Shown here piece after piece: positions 7,286 to 17,277 of a stretch of DNA of 22,725 bases. Below the pieces are notes generated by a model. That model saw nothing but the letters and a program-made list of their open reading frames with translations, searched no databases and had not been told where the DNA came from. Every line of letters starts with the position of its first letter. The stretch's first letter is position 1. The DNA is taken from assembly GCA_043801585.1 (NCBI GenBank), contig JAZDLX010000084.1, positions 1 through 22,725 on the forward strand. Reading direction: 5' to 3'. Position numbers and translations under genes: made by a program. Source of the DNA: a bacterium. Its GTDB lineage: Bacteria > Electryoneota > Electryoneia > Electryoneales > Electryoneaceae.

Positions 7286-9181
7286 TCACCTCACGACGAG
7301 TACCGGTATTTCCACCCCGTGACGCACCGGATCGACCGTCTGGCCAAGCAGCAAGTCACCGAGCAGCCGGTGCCCGTGCGACCCCATGACCAGCAGATCC
7401 ACATCGTGGGTCTTGGCATAGGTCACCAGCTCCTTCGCCGGATTGCCGTGCGGCAGTGCGATCTCGACGACGACTCCCGTACCACGAATCTCTGAGGCGA
7501 TGGTTTCGAGATACTGTTCGTCCTCACGCGTATGCTCGTCATAGACATCCACATCGTACACCAGGGTCGGTGCCGAATCGGCCACATGAATGAGTGTCAA
7601 ACGCGCTTTTTCCGCCTTGGCAAGAGCCAGCGCATGGCTGACGATCATCGCGTCGCCGGCATCACGGCCAAGCGCGGCTCCGATGTGGCGTGACGGTTTG
7701 GTCTCGATGCGGGTAATGACCGACTCCGCACCCGTGCTCTTGAATTCCTCCCATACCCGGCCGCGCCGGAAGAACGGCAACACAATGATGTACAGCAGGA
7801 AGAACACCAGGAAAACGGAAAGTGCTGTCATCAGGATAGAAACGCCCACCGGAGCGCCACCTTCAGTCCACACAACAATCTGATCGATGACCAGTTTGGC
7901 GTTGAGCGCGATGATGATCAACGAGGTAATCCACGCCAGCACCTTCACCCACAGTTTGTTGGCGAAGGTTCCCATCTTCATTTTGTCGCTGGTAAAATGA
8001 ACCAGCGGAACAATGGCAAACGGCAGTTGCAGGCTAAGAATCACCTGGCTGAGAATCAGCAATTTGTAGGTTCCATGACCTCCTGAAATCGAAATCACGA
8101 TGACGGCCGGCAGGAGGGCGATGGAACGGGTGAGCAAGCGGCGCATGTATGGGCGCAGTCGAATCCTGACAAATCCCTCCATCACAATCTGACCGGCGAG
8201 GGTACCTGTCAATGTGGAGCTTTGCCCCGCCGCAAGGAGCGCCAATCCAAACGCGGCCGGTGCGACATGTGTCCCTAAAAGCTGTTCCAGAAGTTTGTAA
8301 GCCTGCTGAATTTCCGTCACGATAATTCCGTTGCGGTAAAAGACCGCAGCGGCGAGAATCAGAATGGCGGCATTGACAAAGAACGCAAAATTCAGCGCGA
8401 TGACAGAATCGAACAAGTTGTATTTGCAAGCCTGCGCTTTGGAATCAACCGTTCGCGACACCCTCCTTGTCTGCACAAGGGAGGAGTGAAGGTACAGGTT
8501 GTGCGGCATCACCGTTGCACCGATGATGCCCAGAATGATATAGAGTGATCCGGCCGGGATTTCCGGCATCAGCCCGGTGGCCGCTACGCTCCAGTCGGGT
8601 TTGGCAAGAAAAAGGTTGACGATGAACCCACCCGCGATCACCGAGATCAGGGAAAGGATGAACGCCTCCATCTTACGCATACCAAGCCGTTGAATCGCGA
8701 GGAGAAGGAACGTGTCGAAGAGGGTCACGAATGCGCCCCAGAGCAGCGGCAGTCCGAACAACAGGTTCAATCCGAGGATGGTGCCAAGCACCTCTGCGAG
8801 GTCGCAGGCGGCAATGGCGATCTCTCCCAGGATCCAGAGCATAAAAGAAGCCGGTTTTGAATACTCAGCGCGGCAGGCCTGGGCGAGATCTTTGCCGGTG
8901 ACAATGCCAAGCCGTGCCGAAAGGGTCTGAAGCAGGATCGCCATCAGGTTCGACATCAGGATAACCCAGACCAGAGCATAGCCGAAGCGTGAACCGCCCT
9001 CGAGATCCGTCGCCCAGTTGCCCGGATCCATATAGCCGACACTGACCAGATAGGCCGGTCCCATGAAAGCGAAAACTCGTTTCAGGAACTTCGGATGGGT
9101 TGTTTTAATGGTGGAATGGACATCGTCCAGAGAACGTGATGTTTCCTGCTTCGCGTCCATTTTCGAAAAAACACCTTTCAT
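7286..9181 (-). CDS. mntH: Nramp-family Mn2+/Fe2+ transporter with C-terminal universal stress protein domain
   Basis: GYMDPGNWATD, MPHNLYLHS, GQSSTLTGTLAGQIVMEGF, SQVILSLQLPFA; C-terminal LIHV...DLLVMGSHGH...LLGQT...PVLVVR; alternative start at 9160. Confidence 0.93.
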   Translation of the reverse strand: MKGVFSKMDAKQETSRSLDDVHSTIKTTHPKFLKRVFAFMGPAYLVSVGYMDPGNWATDLEGGSRFGYALVWVILMSNLMAILLQTLSARLGIVTGKDLAQACRAEYSKPASFMLWILGEIAIAACDLAEVLGTILGLNLLFGLPLLWGAFVTLFDTFLLLAIQRLGMRKMEAFILSLISVIAGGFIVNLFLAKPDWSVAATGLMPEIPAGSLYIILGIIGATVMPHNLYLHSSLVQTRRVSRTVDSKAQACKYNLFDSVIALNFAFFVNAAILILAAAVFYRNGIIVTEIQQAYKLLEQLLGTHVAPAAFGLALLAAGQSSTLTGTLAGQIVMEGFVRIRLRPYMRRLLTRSIALLPAVIVISISGGHGTYKLLILSQVILSLQLPFAIVPLVHFTSDKMKMGTFANKLWVKVLAWITSLIIIALNAKLVIDQIVVWTEGGAPVGVSILMTALSVFLVFFLLYIIVLPFFRRGRVWEEFKSTGAESVITRIETKPSRHIGAALGRDAGDAMIVSHALALAKAEKARLTLIHVADSAPTLVYDVDVYDEHTREDEQYLETIASEIRGTGVVVEIALPHGNPAKELVTYAKTHDVDLLVMGSHGHRLLGDLLLGQTVDPVRHGVEIPVLVVR

Positions 9182-9304
9182 ATCAATGTTTCTCCGTTGA
9201 CCTCACTGCTCTATCATCTTGCGCGACGGAAAATGTCAGCGAAAGATAGCCGACCATCGGCGCTACAGGGGAAGAAATACGGGGAAAAAGCGCGTTGGTC
9301 AATT

Positions 9305-9345
9305 TTAGTACGCACTAACAATAATACGTTTTGTCCCCTTTTCAA
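9305..9345 (-). promoter_or_regulatory. mntH promoter with DtxR/MntR-like operator
   Basis: Minus strand TTGAAA (9345-9340), 16 nt, TATTGT (9323-9318), abutting the palindrome TTAGT-ACGC-ACTAA (9305-9318). Confidence 0.6.
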
Positions 9346-9429
9346 ACAGGAAATTTCCTTCGGGCCAAGCTCTTAGGGCTTTATCTTCTCTACCCGCCAC
9401 TTCTTGATGGCGAGATCAACGGAGTATCC

Positions 9430-10242
9430 ATGACAGCGATACGCATCGGCGTTATTTTCGATTTCGACGGCACCCTCGCCCCCGACAGCACCACGGGCTT
9501 TCTCGCCTCCCTCGGGGTCGATGCAGGCGCCTTCTGGGAGGAGTGCAACGGCTTGATCGCTGGGCAGGGACACGACCCGATCCCTGTCTATCTGCAGAAG
9601 ATGGTGGACCTTGCCCGGGACGGACTCCCCGTAACCCGCGAACGGCTCGAGACCTTCGGGAGATCGATCTCGGTGTATGATGGGGTGCCAACGCTGTTCG
9701 ACCGGCTGACCGATCACGTGCGGAGACATGCCCCCAACGCGACAGTGGAGTTCTACATGATCAGCAGCGGCATCGAAACGCTGCTGAAGGCGACGCCGAT
9801 CGCCAACCGCTTCCACGGCATCTGGGGCAGTGATTTCGTCTTTGACGCGCGGGGATGTGCCGTGGGAATCAAGAACGTAGTCAGTTTCACTGAAAAAACC
9901 CGCTACCTCTACCAGATATCGAAGGGCATCGTCGGAAACGATGCAAGACTGCAACCGTTCCGGGTCAACGAACGCATGAACGAGGGGGACGCCTTTCACA
10001 TTCCCCTTGAACGGATAATTTATGTGGGCGACGGCCTGACGGATGTTCCCTGTTTTACACTGGTCAGGCGTTACGGCGGTGTCGCCATCGGCGTCTATGA
10101 TGAGAACCGTCCGAAGAAATGGAAGGACGCCTGGCGTCTGGTCGGTGACCATCGTGTATCCACCCTCGTCTCCGCCACTTTTGGTCCAAACAGCGAGATG
10201 GAACGGCACCTGAAAATGGCGATCGATCAGTTTCTCGATTGA
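9430..10242 (+). CDS. HAD-superfamily hydrolase (phosphatase-like)
   Basis: SD GGAG, ATG 9430; motif I DFDGTL, motif II ISSG, motif III K in TEKTRY, motif IV YVGDGLTDVPC. Confidence 0.9.
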   Translation: MTAIRIGVIFDFDGTLAPDSTTGFLASLGVDAGAFWEECNGLIAGQGHDPIPVYLQKMVDLARDGLPVTRERLETFGRSISVYDGVPTLFDRLTDHVRRHAPNATVEFYMISSGIETLLKATPIANRFHGIWGSDFVFDARGCAVGIKNVVSFTEKTRYLYQISKGIVGNDARLQPFRVNERMNEGDAFHIPLERIIYVGDGLTDVPCFTLVRRYGGVAIGVYDENRPKKWKDAWRLVGDHRVSTLVSATFGPNSEMERHLKMAIDQFLD

Positions 10243-10428
10243 CCGGATTTCACCTACGTTCGCGGAACCGGGGCTCCTTCACTCGAGCTCTGATTCGTGC
10301 AAGATATTCTTCTGTCGTATTTTAATTTTTTCGTCGCCGGAAGCTTAGGTCCGGGCTGGAGTCGCTGGTCCGTGGAAGAGCCGGTCAACAGCCATCTTTT
10401 ATCGGTACCGGCCAGCATGGAATCACTC

Positions 10429-11616
10429 ATGAAGCGAACTCTCTGGATTTCTGCAGCAGTCCTTGTCGCAATTGTGCTTGTCTGGCGGATTATCAGTCTC
10501 GTTGCCGGCAGCGGTTCCACCAACCGCGGCGGCTACGCACGTCCTCCAGTCGCCGTCGAGGTGGATTCGGTACGCATGGGACCCATCGAGGATGTGCGGC
10601 TGTTCACCGGCACCGTGCAACCGCTGTATCGCTATACCGTTGCACCGAAGGTATCGGGACGGCTGCTTGACCTCAATGTGCGGATCGGCGATTATGTCGA
10701 ACGGAACAAGGTTGTCGCGCGTCTTGACGACGCGGAATACCAGCAGGCCGTTCTCGAAGCGGAAGCCAATCTGAAAATCGCCCAGGCGAGCCTTGTGGAA
10801 ACCCGCAGCCAGTTCTCGCTTGCCGAGCAGGAATTGCAGCGTGTCAAATCATTGGCCATCCAGAATCTTTCCTCCAACGCGGAGCTGGAAACGGCTCAGA
10901 GCAAGTACGACGCCAGCCAGGCACGCCTCTCCGTCGCACTGGCCCAGGTTCAGCAGCGGCAGGCTGCTCTCGAATCGGCGCGAATCCGGCTCAATTACAC
11001 GTTGTTGCGCGCGTCGGAACCGGGATATATCGGAGAGCGTTATGTGGACGAGGGAGCCCTGCTGCCGGTGAACGGTGCGGTGGTGTCAGTGATCGGCATC
11101 GACACCGTCTACGTCCGAACGACGGTGATCGAACGAGACTACGGACGGATGATTGAGGGACAGGCGGCTCAAGTCAGCGTGGATGCCTTCCCGGATCAGA
11201 CGTTTCACGGTTACGTTTCCCGGATTGCGCCGATGCTGCGCGAGGCGAGCCGTGTCGCCGAAATGGAAGTGATCGTTCCCAATGATTCTCTGAAGCTGAA
11301 GCCGGGGATGTTTGCGCGTGTCCATGTTGTGCTCGCTTCAAAAGAGAATGCGAAGCTGATTCCCACCCGTGCTCTCGTCAACCGTGACGGCCAGACGGGT
11401 GTATTCAGGGTGTCGGGCGACGGAACGGCCGCCGACTGGACACCCGTTTCCACGGGAATTGTCACTTCCACCAATGTGGAAATCGTCTGGCCTGACCTGA
11501 AGGGACGTGTGATTACCCTCGGGCAGCATCTCCTCCAGGATGGCGGCGCAATCCTTCTTCCCGATGAAAGTCCGGCGAAAGACAACACGGGGGGCGCAGA
11601 AGGAGCGACTCGATGA
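10429..11616 (+). CDS. RND efflux periplasmic adaptor (membrane fusion protein)
   Basis: N-terminal TM anchor, PKVSGRL lipoyl half-motif, long helical hairpin, LKPGMFARV; stop overlaps the permease ATG; start could also be 10417. Confidence 0.92.
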   Translation: MKRTLWISAAVLVAIVLVWRIISLVAGSGSTNRGGYARPPVAVEVDSVRMGPIEDVRLFTGTVQPLYRYTVAPKVSGRLLDLNVRIGDYVERNKVVARLDDAEYQQAVLEAEANLKIAQASLVETRSQFSLAEQELQRVKSLAIQNLSSNAELETAQSKYDASQARLSVALAQVQQRQAALESARIRLNYTLLRASEPGYIGERYVDEGALLPVNGAVVSVIGIDTVYVRTTVIERDYGRMIEGQAAQVSVDAFPDQTFHGYVSRIAPMLREASRVAEMEVIVPNDSLKLKPGMFARVHVVLASKENAKLIPTRALVNRDGQTGVFRVSGDGTAADWTPVSTGIVTSTNVEIVWPDLKGRVITLGQHLLQDGGAILLPDESPAKDNTGGAEGATR

Positions 11617-14600
11617 ACCTCGCGCAAGGACCCGTCCACCGTCCGATCCTGACGATGATGGTCACGCTGATTGTGATCACCCTCGGAGTCGTCAGCTTCT
11701 TCAGGTTGTCAATCGACCTGATGCCGGAGATCACGTTTCCAACCATCTCGGTGACAGCGGATTACGGCAGTGTCGGCCCCGAAGAGATGGAATACCTTGT
11801 GACCCGGCCGTTGGAAGAAGCCCTTGCCGCGGTGCAGGGAGTTGAAGAAATCACCTCGTCCTCGACCGAGGGCTCAAGCAGCATTCGCGTCGCCTTCGGT
11901 TGGGGGAAGAACCTCGATGAAGCCGCCAACGACATTCGTGATCGAGTGGACCGCACCCTCGGGCGCCTGCCGGAAGACATCGACCGTCCCCGGATCCGAA
12001 AGTTCGACCTCTCCGCGTTCCCCGTAATGGTCCTCGGCGTCGCCAGCGACCTCAACCCCCTTGACCTGCGGCAGATCGTCGAGGACCAGGTCAAGTACCG
12101 TCTTGAGCGGGTGCCCGGAGTGGCGGCGGTGGACATCATGGGCGGCCTCAACCGCGAGGTACACGTCCGTCTGAACGCCGCGCAGGTAAAGGCTCTTGGC
12201 CTTTCCACCAACCAGATCATCAACGCCCTGAGCAGCGAAAACCAGAACATCCCCGCCGGCACCTACAAGACGGGCAATTTCGAGATCCTGATCCGCACCC
12301 AGGGGCTGTACAAGTCCATCGACGAGATCGGCGAAACCGTTGTCGCCGTTCGTGACGGGGCTCCGATCCGTGTCAAGGACTTTGCGGATGTGGTCGACTC
12401 CTGGGAAGAGGTGACCCGCGAAGTACGAGTCAACGGCAAACCCAGCCTGCGCCTTTCGATCAACAAGCAGTCCGGCGCAAACACGGTGGATGTCGCGGAC
12501 GCAGTCAACCGGGAGACAGAGAAAATCGACGCGGACATCCCGCAGATTCAGCTTCTCCCGTTGATCGACACTTCGACCTATATCAAGAACTCCATTCATA
12601 ACGTCGGCAACAGCACCCTGGTCGGCGGCCTCCTGGCGATCATCATCCTGTTCCTTTTCCTGCGCAACGTCAGCAGCACGATGATCATTGCCACGGCCAT
12701 CCCGATTTCGATCATCGCCACCTTCGCCCTGATGTATTTCGGGGGGTTGACGCTCAACCTGATGACCTTCGGCGGTCTTGCGCTCGGCATCGGGATGCTG
12801 GTGGACAGCTCCATCGTGGTCCTGGAGAACATCTACCGCCACCGGGAGGCGGGACTCGGGAAAGTGGAAGCCGCGCTGAAGGGCCCGGAGGAGGTTACCG
12901 CAGCCATTGTCGCCTCCACGCTGACAACCCTCGTGGTCTTCATCCCGGTCGTCTTCATGAAGGGCATCAGCGGGATCTACTTCCAGCAACTTGCCTATGT
13001 GGTCGCGTTCAGCCTGCTCTGTTCGCTGGTGGTGGCGCTTACCGTAGTGCCGATGCTGTCCAGCCGTTTCCTGCGGTACCGCCCCGCCGAAACCGAAAAG
13101 GCCGAGGGTTTGCTGGGCAGGATCTATGCGACCAGCGAACAGACGTTTCGCCATGTCGAACAGCAATACAGCAAACTGCTCCGATGGGCGCTTAGCCACC
13201 GCAGGCTGGTGCTGTTGAGCGCCCTGGTCCTGTTCATCATCTCCCTCCTGCTGCTGAAGTTCATCGGATCGGAACTAATGCCATCCACCGATGAAGGCGA
13301 AGTCCGAGTCGACATTGAAATGGCTGTGGGCACCCGTCTCGAAGTGATGGACGAGCTGACGCGGGAAGTGGAGAGAATTATCAACAAACAGGTGCCGGAG
13401 ACAGAGTCGGTTCTGACTCGTGTCGGTGGCGGCGGCTGGAGCAGTTCGGGCGGGCATACGGCTCAGATTCGGGTCACCCTTGTGGATCAGGCGAAGCGAA
13501 AACGCTCCAGCGAACAGATCGCCAATGATCTGCGAGAATCGTTAAGCGGCCTCGCAGGAGCCACCATCCGCACGCGGGCCGGGCAGGGCCTGTGGATTCT
13601 GCGCATGGGTCAGAGCAGCATAGACAACCTGTCGCTGGAGATTCGAGGGTATGACCTGGACGTCGCACGACAACTGGCTCAACGGGTTGAGGAGGCGGTC
13701 AAACAGGTTCCCGGCATTACGGATACACGTATTTCCCGTGAGGAAGGACGGCCCGAGCAGGTCATCCGCATCGACCGCCAGAAAGCGGCGGATCTCGGAC
13801 TCAGCGTCACCAGCATCGGAGAAGCCCTGAAAACGACCGTGGGCGGAACCTACGCCACCAATTACCAGGAGGGTGGCAAGGAGTACCGCGTGCTTGTCCG
13901 TCTTTCCGAGGAGGACCGGCAAAACCTCCACGACCTGCTTGACCTTTCAGTGACCAACGTTCGCGGCGAACCGGTGGTTTTGCGCAACGTGGTAATGTCG
14001 CTCCCCGCCGAAGGTCCCGTCCGGATCGAACGCAAGGACCAGGAGCGGACCGTTTTCGTCACCGCCAACTTCACCGGCAGGGATCTCGGTTCGGTGATCG
14101 CCGACACGCGTGAACAGTTGCGAAAGATTCCCGTGCCCAAGGATTTCTCCATTCTCTTCGGGGGAGACTGGGAGGAACAGCAGAAAGCAACTCGTGAGCT
14201 GATGCTCGGCCTGTTCCTCGCAATTGTCCTGGTGTACATGGTGATGGCGGGACAGTTCGAGAGTTTGAGGCACCCGTTTGTCGTTCTGTTCAGCGTTCCC
14301 ATGGCGCTGATCGGCGTGGTGCTGACGATGATTCTCTCGCACACCTCGTTCAGCATCAACGCCTACATCGGACTGATCATGCTCGGCGGCATCATCGTCA
14401 ACAACGCTATCCTGCTTGTTGATTACACGAATCTGATGCGGCGGCGCGACGACATGGAGTTGATTCAGGCGATCACCCTGTCGGGTTCGAGGCGGCTGCG
14501 GCCGATCCTGATGACAACGTTGACCACCGTGCTCGGATTGCTGCCCCTCTCCTTCGGCCTCGGAGAAGGCGGTGAAGCACAGGCTCCGCTGGCTCGGGTG

Positions 14601-14717
14601 GTGATCGGCGGCCTTGTCAGTTCAACTTTGATCACACTCGTTCTGATACCGGTTGTCTACGCGGTGGTCGAGGGGCGGATATTGAAGAGGCATGGGACAG
14701 CTCAAGCTCGTGCCTGA
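11613..14717 (+). CDS. RND efflux permease (AcrB/AcrD/AcrF family)
   Basis: 1034 aa with two-fold TM plus periplasmic repeat; [39 protein letters not shown]. Confidence 0.95.
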   Translation: MNLAQGPVHRPILTMMVTLIVITLGVVSFFRLSIDLMPEITFPTISVTADYGSVGPEEMEYLVTRPLEEALAAVQGVEEITSSSTEGSSSIRVAFGWGKNLDEAANDIRDRVDRTLGRLPEDIDRPRIRKFDLSAFPVMVLGVASDLNPLDLRQIVEDQVKYRLERVPGVAAVDIMGGLNREVHVRLNAAQVKALGLSTNQIINALSSENQNIPAGTYKTGNFEILIRTQGLYKSIDEIGETVVAVRDGAPIRVKDFADVVDSWEEVTREVRVNGKPSLRLSINKQSGANTVDVADAVNRETEKIDADIPQIQLLPLIDTSTYIKNSIHNVGNSTLVGGLLAIIILFLFLRNVSSTMIIATAIPISIIATFALMYFGGLTLNLMTFGGLALGIGMLVDSSIVVLENIYRHREAGLGKVEAALKGPEEVTAAIVASTLTTLVVFIPVVFMKGISGIYFQQLAYVVAFSLLCSLVVALTVVPMLSSRFLRYRPAETEKAEGLLGRIYATSEQTFRHVEQQYSKLLRWALSHRRLVLLSALVLFIISLLLLKFIGSELMPSTDEGEVRVDIEMAVGTRLEVMDELTREVERIINKQVPETESVLTRVGGGGWSSSGGHTAQIRVTLVDQAKRKRSSEQIANDLRESLSGLAGATIRTRAGQGLWILRMGQSSIDNLSLEIRGYDLDVARQLAQRVEEAVKQVPGITDTRISREEGRPEQVIRIDRQKAADLGLSVTSIGEALKTTVGGTYATNYQEGGKEYRVLVRLSEEDRQNLHDLLDLSVTNVRGEPVVLRNVVMSLPAEGPVRIERKDQERTVFVTANFTGRDLGSVIADTREQLRKIPVPKDFSILFGGDWEEQQKATRELMLGLFLAIVLVYMVMAGQFESLRHPFVVLFSVPMALIGVVLTMILSHTSFSINAYIGLIMLGGIIVNNAILLVDYTNLMRRRDDMELIQAITLSGSRRLRPILMTTLTTVLGLLPLSFGLGEGGEAQAPLARVVIGGLVSSTLITLVLIPVVYAVVEGRILKRHGTAQARA

Positions 14718-14744
14718 ATTTCAGACTGTCTGAGAACTTTTTAA

Positions 14745-15040
14745 ATTCCCTGGTCAAGCCAGGGGATGACAAAATGAGACCCGGCTGGCGGGGCATGCCG
14801 AAGGATCGGCACAGGTCCGGGCCATCCATCGGAAATCTGTGCACACGGCTGCAAACCAAGGATTCAAGTACCAGGTGCAACAGCGTGAAGGAAAAGGGTG
14901 GCGTTCTGCTGCGGAATGCGTCAGTCCTTGCGCGGCAGACATGCCACAGTCCCTGCGTTGTCATTGCCCGGCTTGAGCGGGCAATCCAAGTGGACCGAGT
15001 AGATCCACGGATTGCCTGGATTCCCCGATCAGGTTGGGGG
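14745..15040. repeat. GTCA-ended REP-like palindromes
   Basis: 14745-14771 (minus: TGTCATCCCCTGGCTTGACCAGGGAAT), 14960-14988 GTCATTGCCCGGCTTGAGCGGGCAATCCA, and a degenerate inverse copy at 15017-15040. Confidence 0.7.
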
Positions 15041-15515
15041 TCGAAAAAAAGAGTCTAGGGATGGCCCAACGGGAGCTCGTTTCTCTGAAAACCATCGCAG
15101 GACACTTCCGTTTGTGAGGTTATGCTTCCCTTGTCAGTTTCAGCCCACGCAAAAAACATCTTGTGATATTTATGACAAGGTGGAGCCAGTATCCCTGCAC
15201 GTCCGATGGCAGCTCCCGGAGAAAGTCTCTTGACCTCTCTTTAAATGTGCAGGCTAAGTTCATAAAACAAAAATTCTTTCTTCAAATAGCCATCACTATT
15301 TAGCGGAAAAATTTTCATCATGCTTTCTGTAAAAGGATGATAATAGGTCTCTCCTTGCTCCTCAATTCACAAATCTAAGAATTTGATTTTATGTACCATG
15401 GATGGACGTAAATAACGGATGGAGCCCACCTCCGCACCTGCACTTTTCTGTGTAACCCAGTTCTGATGCGGATTTACGCCATCTTTCAGGGGGAGCCCTA
15501 CTCGAAAACGGCGTG

Positions 15516-15529
15516 TTAGGTTTTCCTAA
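15516..15529. promoter_or_regulatory. DtxR/IdeR/MntR-like operator
   Basis: TTAGG-TTTT-CCTAA, about 110 nt upstream of the first cytochrome gene. Confidence 0.55.
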
Positions 15530-15638
15530 ATAATTGACTTCCATGACATTTACGTGACATTTTGTGCCGTTCATCACAGGGTCTTCCCTGAAAACATACG
15601 TTCGCGACATAACAGTTCGGGATTAACGAGAGGTGTTT

Positions 15639-17111
15639 ATGCATCGGAAGACGTTTGCAGTACTGTTGCTCGCCCTTGTCGTGGCGGTTGGTTTCATCGG
15701 CTGCGCGGGCGAGGACGGAGCCCAGGGCCCCCAGGGACCGAGTGGAAATGACGGCCAGGATATGACGGCTGTCACCTACAAGGGCTACACAAATCTTGAA
15801 TGGGCTTGCGGTTCCTGCCACGGCGCTGAGATCGTCGCTTCTTATGAAGGCACGGCGCACTCGCATGCCTACGCGGACCTCGTCGCGGACGGAGATGAGA
15901 ACAGCCCCTATTGCGTCCAGTGCCACACGACGGGTTGGGACGCCACCGTCGCCCGCACCGACACGGTCATCGTAAACAACGATGGTCCGGATCAGTACGG
16001 CTTCGACAACTACTTCCAGGTCGAGGGTGATTACGCGGCTGCGCGTCGTGCTCAACTCGCGAACGTGCAGTGCGAGTCCTGCCACGGCCCGAAGGGCAGC
16101 AAAGACGGCATGATCGTCAACAACGTGACGGTGACGACGGAAGGCGATGCCACGGGCGCGATGTGCAATCCCTGCCACAGCCAGTACAACGAGTTGGCCG
16201 AAGCTGGCCACATCCAGAACGCGAACACTGCGCACGGCAACAGCTGCGATCCCTGCCACACGGCGGAAGGCTTCATCAAAGCCAACGACTCCGACTACGG
16301 CATTGCCCTCGACGACTTCTCGATCACGAACATCAACGCTTTTGTGGGCATCGGCGATGTGAAGACACCGTTCGGCTGCCAGACCTGCCACGACCCGCAC
16401 TCCGACGAGGGCGAGAACTACCAGCTCCGTTCCGTCAAGGACGTGCCGATCTCCTCGCAGCTCGACCGTTCCTTCACGGAACTCGGCCAGGGCCAGCTCT
16501 GCGTCCAGTGCCACCACGACCGTCGCACGGCTGAGAACATCGCCAGCAACGTCTCCGAGGGCGCTTCGGGCCACAGCTTTGGTCCACACCACAGCCCGCA
16601 GGCTGACATGTACTACGGCGTCGGCGCCCCCCGTCTGGTTGGGGCGGTTTACGACACGATCCACGCCCACCAGACCAGCTCCGGGTTCGAGGGTCTTGCC
16701 TGCGTCCGCTGCCACATGCAGCGCAATACGACGGTTCATGGCACGCCCGGCACGCTCCACAGCTCGCACACCTTCACCCCGATTGCCGCTCCCGAGGTGG
16801 AAGGCGCTGGCAACACGGGCAGCTGCGCTCCATGCCATACCGATATCACGACAGACTTCTCCCAGCATGTTGGCGCCGGTCATGACATCACGACCATCGA
16901 CAACAAGATGGAAGAGCTCGCCGTCGCCCTCGGCTTCACCGACCTCGCGGACTTCGAGGCGAACTACAGCGCCGTCGCCGCTGGTCAGGACAGCGTGAGC
17001 CGCTGCGCCGCCTACGATCTCGAATTCGTGATAAACGACGGCAGCCACGGTGTTCACAACCCGGACTATGCCTACGACCTGTTGCAGAATGCGATTGATG
17101 AGCTGCCGTAA
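15639..17111 (+). CDS. nine-heme c-type cytochrome lipoprotein
   Basis: SD GAGGTG, ATG 15639; lipobox FIG-C and Gly-X-Y tether; 9 CxxCH (CGSCH, CVQCH, CESCH, CNPCH, CDPCH, CQTCH, CVQCH, CVRCH, CAPCH); C-terminal DGSHGVHNP. Confidence 0.93.
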   Translation: MHRKTFAVLLLALVVAVGFIGCAGEDGAQGPQGPSGNDGQDMTAVTYKGYTNLEWACGSCHGAEIVASYEGTAHSHAYADLVADGDENSPYCVQCHTTGWDATVARTDTVIVNNDGPDQYGFDNYFQVEGDYAAARRAQLANVQCESCHGPKGSKDGMIVNNVTVTTEGDATGAMCNPCHSQYNELAEAGHIQNANTAHGNSCDPCHTAEGFIKANDSDYGIALDDFSITNINAFVGIGDVKTPFGCQTCHDPHSDEGENYQLRSVKDVPISSQLDRSFTELGQGQLCVQCHHDRRTAENIASNVSEGASGHSFGPHHSPQADMYYGVGAPRLVGAVYDTIHAHQTSSGFEGLACVRCHMQRNTTVHGTPGTLHSSHTFTPIAAPEVEGAGNTGSCAPCHTDITTDFSQHVGAGHDITTIDNKMEELAVALGFTDLADFEANYSAVAAGQDSVSRCAAYDLEFVINDGSHGVHNPDYAYDLLQNAIDELP

Positions 17112-17132
17112 CTAAGCGGCCTTGGAAGTGAC

Positions 17133-17178
17133 AGCCGGAATTCTCAGGGGGAGAATCGCCTGGGAATTCCGGTTTTTC
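17133..17178 (+). terminator. intrinsic terminator after the nine-heme lipoprotein gene
   Basis: GCCGGAATTCTCAGG...CCTGGGAATTCCGGT followed by TTTT. Confidence 0.7.
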
Positions 17179-17277
17179 ATTCTGGGGGCGGGGTGAACGG
17201 CGGAAACGCTGTCACCCCGCCCCGGCGTGAATCAGGAAAAAGTAATCTTTACCAGCACGTGAGATGAGGAGCCTGAG

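Noticed and set aside
14721..14737. IS-like terminal repeat AGACTGTCTGAGAA
   Set aside because: No matching inverted partner or transposase found in the window
15516..17057. 513-aa minus-strand ORF, and similar ORFs at 11874-13199, 17212-18177, 18205-19170 and 20620-21540
   Set aside because: Antisense shadows produced by GC-biased codon usage of real plus-strand genes; no motifs
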